Made by a program: the position numbers and the translations under genes | DNA from: Acidobacteriota bacterium | GTDB taxonomy: Bacteria > Acidobacteriota > UBA890 > WLXD01 | Assembly (NCBI GenBank): GCA_965205505.1 | Contig: CBDBHB010000009.1 | Location: 3,072,001-3,136,000, forward strand | Length of the DNA stretch: 64,000 nt | Direction: 5' to 3' | The notes under the pieces: model-generated | Seen by the model: only the letters and a program-made list of their open reading frames with translations | Told to the model about the DNA's origin: nothing | The model's database searches: none | In this document: piece after piece, positions 50,211 to 60,647 of the stretch | Numbering within the stretch: position 1 is the stretch's first letter | Layout of the letters: each line of letters starts with the position of its first letter

Positions 50211-50717
50211 ATGCTCGAATTGACCGATCGCTGGTCGGCTCGCGCCTCGCTGTGGCTGTATCGGCTCGGCGTGTACGGTGGGCTGCCGGCGCTGGTGGCG
50301 CTCGTTACCGTCGACGTGTTGCTGCGCTACCTGTTCAACGCCCCGCTACGCTGGAGCCGCGACGCCAACGGGCTGCTGCTGTTGGTCTCACTCTTCGGCG
50401 CCCTGCCTCACGCTTGGGATCGGGGCTTTCACATCCGCATGGAGCTGGTTCATTCGCGGCTGGAAGGGCGGCGGCGACAGCTCGCCGATCTGCTATCGGC
50501 GCTCTCGGGCATCATCGTCTTCGGTGCGTTGGCAGCACAAAGTACTCGGTTCGTTCCCTACATGGCCGCCACCTGGGAAACCGGCGAGGACCTGATGTTG
50601 CCGCTGTGGCCTTTCATGGGGTTCATGGGTGTCTGCAGCTTGGTGTTCGTGGGGCGGCTGCTGTCTAATCCCGAGGGCAAGCCGACCGATGGGGAGGCGG
50701 ACAGCGATTGGATGTAA
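50211..50717 (+). CDS. dctQ: TRAP transporter small permease
   Basis: DVLLRYLFNAPL, HIRMEL, four TM segments. Confidence 0.85.
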   Translation: MLELTDRWSARASLWLYRLGVYGGLPALVALVTVDVLLRYLFNAPLRWSRDANGLLLLVSLFGALPHAWDRGFHIRMELVHSRLEGRRRQLADLLSALSGIIVFGALAAQSTRFVPYMAATWETGEDLMLPLWPFMGFMGVCSLVFVGRLLSNPEGKPTDGEADSDWM

Positions 50718-52009
50718 CGATCGTCGGCTTGCTCGGGATCGCGCTCCTCCTCACTCTGCTGATCGTAGGAGTGCCGATCGCCCTGGCCATGGCAGTGACC
50801 GGCGTCGTCGGGCTGTGGGTTCTCGAAGGGGCATCGGCCACCCTCGCTCATGTCGCCCTGATCCCTTGGGACGAGGGGCGCAGCTTCGTGATCGTGACGA
50901 TCCCACTCTTCGTGCTCATGGGCCAACTGGTGTTCCATACCGGCCTCGCTGCCGACCTCTATGATGGCGTGCAGAAGTGGATCGGCAGAGTGCCGGGTGG
51001 CCTGGCGATTACCTCCGTGCTGGCGTGCGCCGGCTTCGGCGCCGTGACCGGATCGAGCATTGCCACGGTCGCCACCATGGGCTCGATCGTCATGCCCGAG
51101 ATGCGACGACACGGCTACGACGCTCGGCTTGCCACCGGGGCGCTGGCAGCATCAGGGACCCTCGGGATCCTGATTCCGCCGAGTGTCATCTTCATCTTCT
51201 ATGGCGTGATGACGGAGACTTCGATCGGCGCGCTGTTCATCGCCGGTATTGTCCCCGGCATCCTCACCGCCCTGACGTTCTCGGCGATCATCTTGGTCCG
51301 CTGCGCGCTGCGGCCCGAGCTGGGGCCCAAGGGTCCCCCCTCGACCTGGCAGGAGCGGTTGCGGGCGGTCAACCGAGTGGCGCCGATTGGCAGCCTGTTT
51401 GTTCTAGTGATCGGCGGAATCTACGCTGGAATCTTCACGCCTACCGAGGCTGCCGGCATCGGATGCATGGGCGTAGTTGTCGCGGCCGCGTTGCTCCGCA
51501 AGCTGACCCTGACGGCACTTTCGCGCGGTCTCTGCAGTACGGCGCTCATAGCCTCGATGATCTTCGCCATCATCATGGGCGGCTACCTCATGGCCCGCTT
51601 TCTGGCAGTCACCGGGCTGACCCAGGACATCGTCAGCTTTCTCGTCGATATGCAGCTCGGGCGGGTGTCGTTTCTGCTGTTGTTGGTCGTGCTGTTCCTG
51701 ATCCTGGGGGCGATGCTCGACGTCTTCGGCATGCTCGTGCTCACCATCCCGTTCGTCGTGCCTGTGATTGAGGAGCTCGGCATCGACCTCATCTGGTTCG
51801 GGGTCTTCGCCGTGATCATGGCCGAGCTTGCCTTGGTAACTCCGCCGATCGGGGCAAACGTCTTTGTCATGCGCCGTGTAGCGCCCGAGGTGCCAATGGG
51901 CGACATCTTTCTCGGTGTCGCGCCGTTCGTTGCTGGCGTCTTGGGGGTGCTCGCGTTGTTGATCGCGTTCCCGGAGTTGGCGCTGTGGCTACCGCGGCAG
52001 ATGGGGTGA
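50708..52009 (+). CDS. dctM: TRAP transporter large permease
   Basis: IPLFVLMG, GFGAVTGSSIATV, GTLGILIPPS, FTPTEA, TPPIGANVF. Confidence 0.93.
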   Translation: MDVTIVGLLGIALLLTLLIVGVPIALAMAVTGVVGLWVLEGASATLAHVALIPWDEGRSFVIVTIPLFVLMGQLVFHTGLAADLYDGVQKWIGRVPGGLAITSVLACAGFGAVTGSSIATVATMGSIVMPEMRRHGYDARLATGALAASGTLGILIPPSVIFIFYGVMTETSIGALFIAGIVPGILTALTFSAIILVRCALRPELGPKGPPSTWQERLRAVNRVAPIGSLFVLVIGGIYAGIFTPTEAAGIGCMGVVVAAALLRKLTLTALSRGLCSTALIASMIFAIIMGGYLMARFLAVTGLTQDIVSFLVDMQLGRVSFLLLLVVLFLILGAMLDVFGMLVLTIPFVVPVIEELGIDLIWFGVFAVIMAELALVTPPIGANVFVMRRVAPEVPMGDIFLGVAPFVAGVLGVLALLIAFPELALWLPRQMG

Positions 52010-52071
52010 TTGCGCGCGCCGCCGGGACCGTAAGAAGGATCCCTCAGGCAGCCCCACGGCCCTCCGGTAGC

Positions 52072-53952
52072 CTATTCAACGATCGGTAGGATGACGTGCG
52101 ACGGGTACTCGGCCGAATGGTGAACGCCGTTGTGCGCCAGTACCCATTCGGTCTCGTCGTAGTTGTTGCCGCCGGTGTTCATGTTGCGGCTGAAGCGCGG
52201 GAAGTTGCTGCTCGACACCTCGAGTCTGACACGGTGTCCGGAACCGAAATAGTTGCTGGTGGCGTGCAGGTCGAGGCGGGCCTCGTAGACATCGCCGGCC
52301 TGCATCCATACCTTCTTGTCGAACCCTTCCCTGTAGCGCATGCGTAGCGCGCCCTCTTGCACGTTGAAGGCTCTTCCGTCGGGGTAGACGTCGATCAGCT
52401 TGGCAGTGAAATCCGTGTCCTTGGCGGACGAGTCCACATAGAGCACGACCTCCAACGGCCCGGACACCTCTACGCCTTCGTCAAGCGCCTCCGATGTATA
52501 GACGAGCACGTCCTGTCGCATCTCGTTCACCGATTGATCGTATCCGCCCTGCCCGGTGCTCATGCCCGTGCAGCATGCCTGGCCGCCTAGCGACATCACC
52601 GGGGTGGCGGGATCGTAGGTGAATCGATCTGCTGGCTCATCGCCCGGCGGCGCGGCACTCAGCAACCCGTCGCCGAGTCGACTGTTGGCGCGGCCACCGC
52701 TATGCAAGTAGAGCTTCCTGTAGCTCGTACCGGCAGGCGGCCATGTATCGGCGGAGCGCCACTCGTTCATTCCCATGAGGTAGTAGCTCACGTGCGGCAT
52801 GTCGGTGACGCTGTTGTCGATTCCCTTCAGCCAGTAGTCGAACCAGTCGAGATAGAGATCGACGTAGCCCTTGCGCGCATCGCCGAGATCGCGCTCGCCG
52901 ACGATGGTGCGCTCGGCAGCAGCACTGTGGCTGCAGTGGGTCGTCGGGGCGACGATGAGGAACTGGTTGTCGCGCGCCCTTTGGCCCACCGAGCTCTCAC
53001 GCATCTGGTTGAACAGCATGAGCGTCTCGCCGACGGCGAAGTCGTACCAGCTGTCCACATACAATGCCGCTGTGTCGAACCTGTCGTCGGCGCGAACGAA
53101 ATCCAGCTCCTGAAAATACTCCGCTTCCGGAGTATTCGAGGCGTAGTCTTCGTAGTCGGTCTCGGCAGCGCCCGACTTCTTCACCACATCGATGATCGGC
53201 AACGTCCAGTAGAGCCCGAGCCGATCTGCCCGCTGACGTTCAGGGCCGGTGCGGAAGAGTTTGGCCTGTTCGGATCCGAACCACTCTTCGCGGTCGACCC
53301 AGTCGGGAGGCCCGTAGAAGAGTTTGGTCGGGTTGCTGATGAACCAGCCTGCGGTTTGTGCCAGCTCGAAGGCGCCACCATCGAACGACGCCCATGGCCG
53401 ACCGGGTGAGTAGTACGTCCCTGACGGAGCCATCGCGATGGCCGCCACGTGATTGGGATGCTGCGCCGCCATTAGCTCCAGCTGTACCCCACCGCGATAC
53501 GAGCAGCCAAAGGTCGCCACCTTGCCGCTGGACCAGGGCCGCGTGCTCAACCACTCCACGGTGTCGTATCCGTCGTTACGGTCGGTGGCGTGTACCACGT
53601 ATCGACCCTCCGACTCGTAGCGGCCGCGGATGTCCTGCATGGCGACTACATAGCCCTGACCAACGAACGTCTCGACGTCGACCCGGTTTCCACCCTCCTT
53701 GCCGTACGGCGTGCGCACCAAGATCGTCGGCAGCGGCTCCGTCGCCCCCGCGGGGAAGTACAGGTCGGTCGACAGTTCGGCCCCGTCGCGCATCGGCACC
53801 ATGACGCCGACATCGGGCCGAACGGAGTACGTGGCCTCGCGGCTATGGCCTCCGTCCATCTGCGCCCAACCTGTACCGATGGAGATCACGGTGGCCAGAC
53901 TCATACACACGGCGAAGAGAGTGCTGCGGAGCTCTTCACGTCGAATGGTCAT
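52072..53952 (-). CDS. CocE/NonD-family hydrolase, secreted
   Basis: VPMRDG, RTPY, QDIRGRYESEG, GCSY nucleophile, WYD, SSSNFPRFSRN. Confidence 0.92.
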   Translation of the reverse strand: MTIRREELRSTLFAVCMSLATVISIGTGWAQMDGGHSREATYSVRPDVGVMVPMRDGAELSTDLYFPAGATEPLPTILVRTPYGKEGGNRVDVETFVGQGYVVAMQDIRGRYESEGRYVVHATDRNDGYDTVEWLSTRPWSSGKVATFGCSYRGGVQLELMAAQHPNHVAAIAMAPSGTYYSPGRPWASFDGGAFELAQTAGWFISNPTKLFYGPPDWVDREEWFGSEQAKLFRTGPERQRADRLGLYWTLPIIDVVKKSGAAETDYEDYASNTPEAEYFQELDFVRADDRFDTAALYVDSWYDFAVGETLMLFNQMRESSVGQRARDNQFLIVAPTTHCSHSAAAERTIVGERDLGDARKGYVDLYLDWFDYWLKGIDNSVTDMPHVSYYLMGMNEWRSADTWPPAGTSYRKLYLHSGGRANSRLGDGLLSAAPPGDEPADRFTYDPATPVMSLGGQACCTGMSTGQGGYDQSVNEMRQDVLVYTSEALDEGVEVSGPLEVVLYVDSSAKDTDFTAKLIDVYPDGRAFNVQEGALRMRYREGFDKKVWMQAGDVYEARLDLHATSNYFGSGHRVRLEVSSSNFPRFSRNMNTGGNNYDETEWVLAHNGVHHSAEYPSHVILPIVE

Positions 53953-54007
53953 CTGGATCTCCTGATCTGCATTCGCACTCGATAGCCTGGCTGGACAGCC
54001 ACCCCTG

Positions 54008-55972
54008 CTAGACAGCCACCCCTGCCTTGAGCCCTTCGAAGACCGCTTCCTCGGCGGTACGCGGGCAGAGACAATCACCAATGGCGACGACCTCACCGTC
54101 GAAGCCCACCAGCTCGGCCTCGAGATCGTTCACGGCAGCGTGCCCCATGGCCAGCACGAGCGTATCGCAGCCCGCGTACGTAACCTGTTCGCCACTCGTC
54201 GTGTGCACGAAACGGATCGTGCCGTCGGCCGCGGCTCGCGCGAGCCGCAGGAGCGGCACGACCTCGACTCCCAGGCGATGCACCGCGCCCACCATGAGGT
54301 CGCGCACGTACTGCTGGATGGTCTCTCCGGGCATGGTGCCGTTGACACACAGCCGCACCGGATGCCCGGCGAGGGCGAGCTTCTGGGCGATCCCGAGACC
54401 AACCCAATCGCAGCGCCAATCGGCGACGACAACAGAGCCATTGACTTCGACCTCGTCCCGCAGGATCTGCCAGGCAGTAACTGTGTGCGCCTCGTCAATC
54501 CCCGGAATCTCCGGTATGTACGGCTTGGCTCCGGTGGCAAGAACGACAACATCCGGCGAGCGCTGAGCGATCAGCTCGCCGGTGACGTCGACGCCGGTGA
54601 TGAGCTCCACGCCTGCGGCCTCGACCTCGCGCACCAAGTTCCGGGTCATGCCGCCGATCTCGGCACGTTCTGGGAGTGCCGCGGCCAGCAGAAGTTGCCC
54701 TCCGAGCTCCGGCGAACGCTCGCAAAGAACCACCTCGTGGCCCCGCTGGGCCGCCACCGCTGCTGCTTTCATGCCCGCCGGCCCCCCGCCGATGACGAGG
54801 ATCTTGCGCCGCACATCGGCCGAGCGTAGCTCGCCGTAGACCAGCTCGCGCCCGCTCTCGGGATACTGGATACACGAGATCGGTACTCCCATGTGCATGT
54901 GTCCTATACAGGCTTGGTTGCAACCGATACAGGTTCGAATCTCGTCCAGACGACCCTCGCCGGCCTTGTTGGGCATCTCCGGATCGCTGATCAGCGCCCG
55001 CGTCATGCCGCACAGATCGGCCTGGCCTGCCACCAGGATGCGCTCGGCATCGACGGGATCGACCGTCCGCCCGGTTACGATCACCGGCTTGCCCACCACA
55101 GCACGCACTGCCGCGGCATGGGGTGCCACAGAGGATCTCTTGGTCTCCATGGGCGGCACTATGTGGGCGGAGCTTCCCAGCGTCGTGGAGGCCCCTGTCA
55201 CGACGCTGAAATAGTCGAGCTCGCCATCGGCGTCGAGTGTCTGGCAGATATCGACTACCTCGTCAGCGCTCAGGCCGTCCGGGTGGAGCTCGTCGGCCGA
55301 GATACGCAGTCCGATGACCATGTCGCCGATTCGGGCCCGTACTGCCGATACCACTTCGCGAACGAGCCGGAGGCGATTGGCGAAGCTGCCGCCGTAGTCG
55401 TCGTCGCGCCGGTTCACCCGCGCGTTGAGGAATTGGGCGATCAGGTAGCCGTGACTGCCGACGATCTCGACTCCGTCGAACCCGGCTCGCTGCAAGCGCT
55501 CGGCACCATCGGCAAAGCCGCTGATGATCTCGTCGATAAGACCCTTCGACATCGCCCTGGGCATGACGTGAAAGCGCTCGTTCGGGACCGCCGACGCCGA
55601 GTACGCCACCATCGCGCTACCGTCCTCGGTCTTGGGGAAGATCTCTCGTCCAGGATGGAACAGCTGACCGAATACGGTGCAGCCGTACCCGTGGCATGCG
55701 TCGGCGATCTTGCGAAACCCTGGGACGCAGTTGTCGCTGGTCGCCATGATGATGCGCGGGGTATACCGCGAGCTGTCGTGGATCCCGGCGATCTCGGTGA
55801 TGATCAGCCCGACCCCGCCTGCCGCACGAGCGGTGTGATAGGCAGCGGTGGTGTCGCTGGGCACACCGTTCTCGGCCATCATCGTGTCGTGTCCGGTCGA
55901 CACGATGCGGTTCTTGACCGTGACGTTGCGAATCGTCAGCGGCGAGAACAGCTCCGGGAGGGCACTTCTCAT
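54008..55972 (-). CDS. Old-yellow-enzyme-barrel/4Fe-4S flavoenzyme (TMADH/DgcA/StcD-like)
   Basis: KNRIVSTGH, QLFHPG, GSHGYL, CIGCNQAC, IGGGPAG, IGDCLCPR. Confidence 0.85.
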   Translation of the reverse strand: MRSALPELFSPLTIRNVTVKNRIVSTGHDTMMAENGVPSDTTAAYHTARAAGGVGLIITEIAGIHDSSRYTPRIIMATSDNCVPGFRKIADACHGYGCTVFGQLFHPGREIFPKTEDGSAMVAYSASAVPNERFHVMPRAMSKGLIDEIISGFADGAERLQRAGFDGVEIVGSHGYLIAQFLNARVNRRDDDYGGSFANRLRLVREVVSAVRARIGDMVIGLRISADELHPDGLSADEVVDICQTLDADGELDYFSVVTGASTTLGSSAHIVPPMETKRSSVAPHAAAVRAVVGKPVIVTGRTVDPVDAERILVAGQADLCGMTRALISDPEMPNKAGEGRLDEIRTCIGCNQACIGHMHMGVPISCIQYPESGRELVYGELRSADVRRKILVIGGGPAGMKAAAVAAQRGHEVVLCERSPELGGQLLLAAALPERAEIGGMTRNLVREVEAAGVELITGVDVTGELIAQRSPDVVVLATGAKPYIPEIPGIDEAHTVTAWQILRDEVEVNGSVVVADWRCDWVGLGIAQKLALAGHPVRLCVNGTMPGETIQQYVRDLMVGAVHRLGVEVVPLLRLARAAADGTIRFVHTTSGEQVTYAGCDTLVLAMGHAAVNDLEAELVGFDGEVVAIGDCLCPRTAEEAVFEGLKAGVAV

Positions 55973-55999
55973 TTCAACCAACCAAAGCCTGGTTCGTCA

Positions 56000-57460
56000 T
56001 CAGTACGGTGCCTCGACATCGCCCATCTCTACGTAGACGCTCTTGAGCTGCGTGTAGTGATTGAGGGTGGTGAGGCTGTTCTCCCGACCGATGCCGGATT
56101 GTTTCGTGCCGCCGAACGGCATCTCGATCGGCGTGATGTTGTAGTTGTTGATCCAACAAGTGCCGGCCTCCAACTGCGCCACCACTCGATGGGCGCGTTG
56201 AATGTCGCTGGTGAACACACCGGCAGCCAGGCCGTACATGGTGTCGTTGGCCCGTTCCACCACCTCGTCCTCGGTCTCGAAGGCGAGTACCGCCATCACC
56301 GGGCCGAAAATCTCCTCCTGAACGATCTGCATGTCGTCGCTGCACCCATCGAAGACGGTCGGTTCAACGAAGAAGCCGTTGGTCAGTTCCGGATCATCGG
56401 GCGGTCCACCGCCACACAGTAACTTGGCTCCATTCGCCTTACCGGTCTCGATGTAGCTGATCACCCGGTCTCTGTGCTCGGCCGAGATCAACGCCCCGAC
56501 GTGCGTCCCGGGGTCGAGTGGATCACCGATCCGCATCCGTCCGACGCGCTCCAGCAGACGATCGAGGAACTGACTGTGGATACTGCTCTCGACAAACACG
56601 CGTGTGCCGTTGGAGCAGATCTCCCCCTGGGTATAGAAGTTGGCCATGATCGCCGCCGAGACGGCGTTCTCGAGGTTGCTGTCGGCGAAGATCAGCAGCG
56701 GCGACTTGCCGCCCAGCTCCATCGTGACGTGTTTGAGCGTACTGGCGGCATCGGCCATGACGAGCTTCCCGGTCGCGACCTCTCCGGTAAGCGACACCTT
56801 GGCGATCCCTGCGTGGCGGGTGAGAAGCTGGCCCGTCCGCGCGTCACCCTGCACTATGTTGAACACACCATCCGGTACCCCGGCCTCGGTAAATATCTCC
56901 GCCAGCTTCGGGGCGGTGAGCGGCGTGAGCTCGGCCGGCTTGAAGATCATCGCGTTGCCGCATGCCAACGCCGGCCCCGACTTCCAGCAGGCGATCTGCA
57001 ACGGGTAGTTCCAGGCGCCAATACCGGCACACACCCCGAGAGGCTCGCGGCGCGTGTAGGCAAACGACGTGCCCAGATCGAAATGCTCGCCGTGCAGGCT
57101 GGCCGCAAGGCCGGCGTAATACTCGATACAGTCGGCACCCGATAGCACATCGACGACCGAGGCCTCCTGAATCGGCTTGCCGGTATCCAGAACTTCCAGA
57201 TGCGCCAACTCGTCGTTGCGCTGCCGCAACAGCGCCACGGCGCGGTTGAGGATCCGTCCGCGCTCCGCACCGGTCATCGTCGACCATTCCTCGAAGCCCG
57301 CGCGCGCCGCGGCTACGGCGCGATCCACGTCTTCGGCGCCGGCCTGTTGGATGCTGCAGAGCACCTTGCCGGTGGCGGGATTGATGGTCTCGAACGACTC
57401 ACCGCTGGTGGCGGCCACGTACTTTCCACCGATGTACAGCTGTTGATCAGCAATTGTCAT
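56000..57460 (-). CDS. betB: Betaine aldehyde dehydrogenase-like ALDH
   Basis: [63 protein letters not shown]. Confidence 0.85.
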   Translation of the reverse strand: MTIADQQLYIGGKYVAATSGESFETINPATGKVLCSIQQAGAEDVDRAVAAARAGFEEWSTMTGAERGRILNRAVALLRQRNDELAHLEVLDTGKPIQEASVVDVLSGADCIEYYAGLAASLHGEHFDLGTSFAYTRREPLGVCAGIGAWNYPLQIACWKSGPALACGNAMIFKPAELTPLTAPKLAEIFTEAGVPDGVFNIVQGDARTGQLLTRHAGIAKVSLTGEVATGKLVMADAASTLKHVTMELGGKSPLLIFADSNLENAVSAAIMANFYTQGEICSNGTRVFVESSIHSQFLDRLLERVGRMRIGDPLDPGTHVGALISAEHRDRVISYIETGKANGAKLLCGGGPPDDPELTNGFFVEPTVFDGCSDDMQIVQEEIFGPVMAVLAFETEDEVVERANDTMYGLAAGVFTSDIQRAHRVVAQLEAGTCWINNYNITPIEMPFGGTKQSGIGRENSLTTLNHYTQLKSVYVEMGDVEAPY

Positions 57461-57472
57461 CAGTGCGTCCCT

Positions 57473-58159
57473 TTACTCCGCCTCGACGAACTCATCGACC
57501 TCGTCGTCGGGCATTGCCCCGCCGTCGCTCGAGAGGAGCTCGGCCGGATAGTGCTCTGCCCAAACGGCGATGATCTCGTCCAGCGGCACATCCGCATAGT
57601 GACCACGGTCGTGCACGTATTCCATATAGCGATTGCCGTCACGGTCGGACTGTTGGAACAACGAGTCGTTACGACCATCGAACGACATCGGCTCGACGTT
57701 GAAGCGCTCACAGAGTGAGGCGTTGAACGCCGGCGTGGCCTTGACCCACCGGCCGTCCAGGTACAGCTCCGCGTAGCCGTGGAATACGAACAGGTCGGTT
57801 TGCATCTCGCGCTTCAATCGCTCGCTGGCGAGATGGTTCACGACGTCGCCGAACCCCAAGCGACTAGGGATTCCGTGCACGCGCGCCGCTGCTGCGAGCA
57901 GCGTCGCTTTGCTGATGCAGAACCCGAACCCGTTCTCGAGCACGGCGCTCGCGCGCATACCCTCGACGGTTAGGTCGATCGTATAGGGGTCGTAACGGAA
58001 ACTGTCCCGCACACGGTCGTGCAAGCCAACGGCCTTATCAATGTCAGTGTTCTCCAGGCCGACGCTCTCGCGAGCGAACTCGATGACCGCAGGGTGATCG
58101 CTGTCGATGAAAGGCGTCGCCACCGAGTATTGGTCGAATTGGCTGTGCTGCTCGCTCAT
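57473..58159 (-). CDS. Transglutaminase-like family protein
   Basis: VRD..RYDPY, GFCISKA (Cys), FHGY (His), WVKATPAFN. Confidence 0.85.
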   Translation of the reverse strand: MSEQHSQFDQYSVATPFIDSDHPAVIEFARESVGLENTDIDKAVGLHDRVRDSFRYDPYTIDLTVEGMRASAVLENGFGFCISKATLLAAAARVHGIPSRLGFGDVVNHLASERLKREMQTDLFVFHGYAELYLDGRWVKATPAFNASLCERFNVEPMSFDGRNDSLFQQSDRDGNRYMEYVHDRGHYADVPLDEIIAVWAEHYPAELLSSDGGAMPDDEVDEFVEAE

Positions 58160-58969
58160 GCGATCACTCCCTGGCCTAGACCGCGTATCTGGTCGATGTA
58201 TTCCTGCGGAAACACCATATTCGGCGCGCAGTCATAGCTGAACACGGCGATCATGCGCGGCCTGGATCCAACGCCTATTTCGGTCACTCGATGAATCGAC
58301 TCATCGCCCCTGAACAGGGTAAACGTGCCCGCCTGTATCGCCGGGCGCTTGGCGAGCTGTTCTGGTCGCGCGAAGATGTCGGCTAGCGCCTCGTAGTTCT
58401 CGTTGCCCTCGTCGCGAACGTAGGGAACATATTCGAACTCGCCGCCAGAGTCGGCCTCGCTCAGCAGCAGAGAGAATACCGCGGCATTGCCGTCGAAGTG
58501 CCAGCCGTTGCAATCGCCCGGGCCGCCCACGTGCACGGTGAGTGCCAGATGCGGGCAGGCGCTTCGAAACAGCGTCTCGTACCCGAGCACCTGTCGTACG
58601 AACTCGGTCAGATGCTCGGAAAGGTACAGCTGCCGGATAAGGCTGTCGTTGGGAATCTGATGGTTCAGAACCTGATGATAGCGGCAGTCGTGCGTTGCAG
58701 TTCGCGGATGGCCCGGCGGCCATTCCATGTCGTCTGCGTCGTAAGCGGGGCGCGCGCGGTCGAACCGGAACGCTTCACCGCGGAGGGCCCTCCACTTCTG
58801 CGACCATACGTCGCACAACGTCGGGTCGGACGAACCCCGGCAACAAGCAGAGCGCGCCCTCGTCCAAGTCGGCGCCGCACTCGGCGACCAGGGCGCGCAT
58901 CCGATGGCTCTCGGGCTCGTCGAGCGGGTAGCGGTCGAAATCCAGCAGTTGTCGCAGCGCACTGTCCAT
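58156..58969 (-). pseudogene. Fe(II)/2OG oxygenase (BesD/HalD-like fold, HxD), frameshifted near 58786
   Basis: MDSALRQLLDFDRYPLD...LPGFVRP...EVEG, one extra C, then LRGEAF...GWHFDGN...GGEFEYVP...FRGDESIHRVT. Confidence 0.75.
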
Positions 58970-59088
58970 CGGGCCTGTCTCCCGTGGTAGGTTTCGTTCT
59001 CGGCCGGCCCAGACATTGGACGTTCGGAAAAACGCGAGCAAGCGCCGTGTCGGCGATCCAGGCGCGTAAGGGTGCCGTAGGAGACAAG

Positions 59089-60540
59089 ATGAACGACAAG
59101 TCGGGACATTCTGGTGATCGCAGCAACGCCTCCAAGGTAAGCCGGCGCGACTTCGCGCGCTCGTCGGTGGTTGCGGGCGCCGTGGCAGTGACTCTCTCCA
59201 CCCCGCTGCGTGCCAACACCGTCGAAGCGGCAGGCCGGAGTCTCGAGCAAGGGGGCGGCAGATTCCCGGATGGCTGGAGTCCGGGCACGACCATCCCCGC
59301 TAAGTACTACCTGGACGAGGAGATCTACCTCAAGGACGAGGCGATCATCAAAGACAATCTCTGGTTGCTAGCCGATCACGAGAGCCGCATTCCCGACGCC
59401 GGAGACTACTTCGTTTTCGCGTACGGGCGTGGCGACAGCATCCTCGTGGTACGGAACAACAAGGGAATGGTCAACGCGTTTCACAATGTCTGTCGCCATC
59501 GCGGATCACGTCTCTGTCGTCACGATGCGGACTCGGTTCCGGCCGATCCGCGTCTCTCCGTCAAGCAGCTGGGCCAGGCAGGCAGCTCCCCGGTGTTTCG
59601 CTGCCCATACCACGCCTGGACCTACGACATCGATGGCAGCCTGATCTACGCCTACGGCATGCAGGACGACTTCGATCCGGCCGCAAACGGCTTGCGGCGA
59701 TGCAATATCAAGACCTACGAGGGCCATATCTTCCTGCACCTCGGCGAGGGTGAAGCGCCCGACTTCGAGCCAACGGCGCAGAGCATCCGTCGGATTTGCC
59801 GGCGTCACGGCACGGCGCAGCTCAAGGTCGCGGCGCGACGCCAGTACCCAGTGCGCGGCAACTGGAAGCTCGCCGTGGAGAACTTCCTCGAGTGCTATCA
59901 CTGCGGACCGGCTCATCGGTCGCTGGTGACGGCCCATGACTGGGACTATGCGCTCTCACCCGCACAACGCGCCGAGATCGAGGAGGAACTGGATACCTGG
60001 GTCACTGGCGAGGCTCGCCCCGGAGACGGCGGAGGAGGAATGGGCGGTGGCAGCATCGCCGACGGATTGCGAAACAACGTTGGCGTTGGGCGGGGCTTCC
60101 TCAATCCGGGCGTCCAGACCGGATCGCTCGATGGCAGGCGAGTGGCGCCACTGCTGCCGACGTTCGACAAGGCAACGCATGGGTTCAGGGAAGCTGAGAC
60201 CGGATGGTCGAGCGCCTACTGGGCCGCCTACGACGATCACGTCGCGATTGCGCGCTTCACACCGCGGGACGTGGAGCTCACCGACTGCGAGATCCTGTGG
60301 CTGGTGCATCCGGACGCGCAGGAGGGCCGCGACTACGATGTCGAAGATCTGATTGCCCTGTGGCACGTGACCATCCAAGAGGATATCTGGATCGTCGAGA
60401 ACAACCATGCCGGTGTGCGATCGGGAGCATACGGAGCCGGACGCTACTCCATTCATGAGACTTTCAGCGGGGGCAGCCCTGGAGGCTTCGTGCGCTGGTA
60501 CATGGGGGTTCACCGTGGTGACGATCCCGGCCCGGTCTAA
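59089..60540 (+). CDS. Rieske oxygenase alpha subunit with Tat-type leader, paralog D
   Basis: AGGAG RBS; SRRDFAR; CRH-x34-CPYH; ENFLECYHCGPAH; QED; YGAGRYS. Confidence 0.9.
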   Translation: MNDKSGHSGDRSNASKVSRRDFARSSVVAGAVAVTLSTPLRANTVEAAGRSLEQGGGRFPDGWSPGTTIPAKYYLDEEIYLKDEAIIKDNLWLLADHESRIPDAGDYFVFAYGRGDSILVVRNNKGMVNAFHNVCRHRGSRLCRHDADSVPADPRLSVKQLGQAGSSPVFRCPYHAWTYDIDGSLIYAYGMQDDFDPAANGLRRCNIKTYEGHIFLHLGEGEAPDFEPTAQSIRRICRRHGTAQLKVAARRQYPVRGNWKLAVENFLECYHCGPAHRSLVTAHDWDYALSPAQRAEIEEELDTWVTGEARPGDGGGGMGGGSIADGLRNNVGVGRGFLNPGVQTGSLDGRRVAPLLPTFDKATHGFREAETGWSSAYWAAYDDHVAIARFTPRDVELTDCEILWLVHPDAQEGRDYDVEDLIALWHVTIQEDIWIVENNHAGVRSGAYGAGRYSIHETFSGGSPGGFVRWYMGVHRGDDPGPV

Positions 60541-60647
60541 ACGTGGCGTGCCGGAGGCGCCTTCCCTACTGATGAAAGCTGCTGTAACGGAAACGGTGCG
60601 TTCACCGTTCGCGCCCTGCTAGTCCTGTAGCGCTGAGGAGTCACTGC

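Noticed and set aside
58156-58969. BesD/HalD-type radical halogenase
   Set aside because: The iron motif is H-F-D with Asp retained; halogenases have Gly/Ala there, so a hydroxylase is more likely
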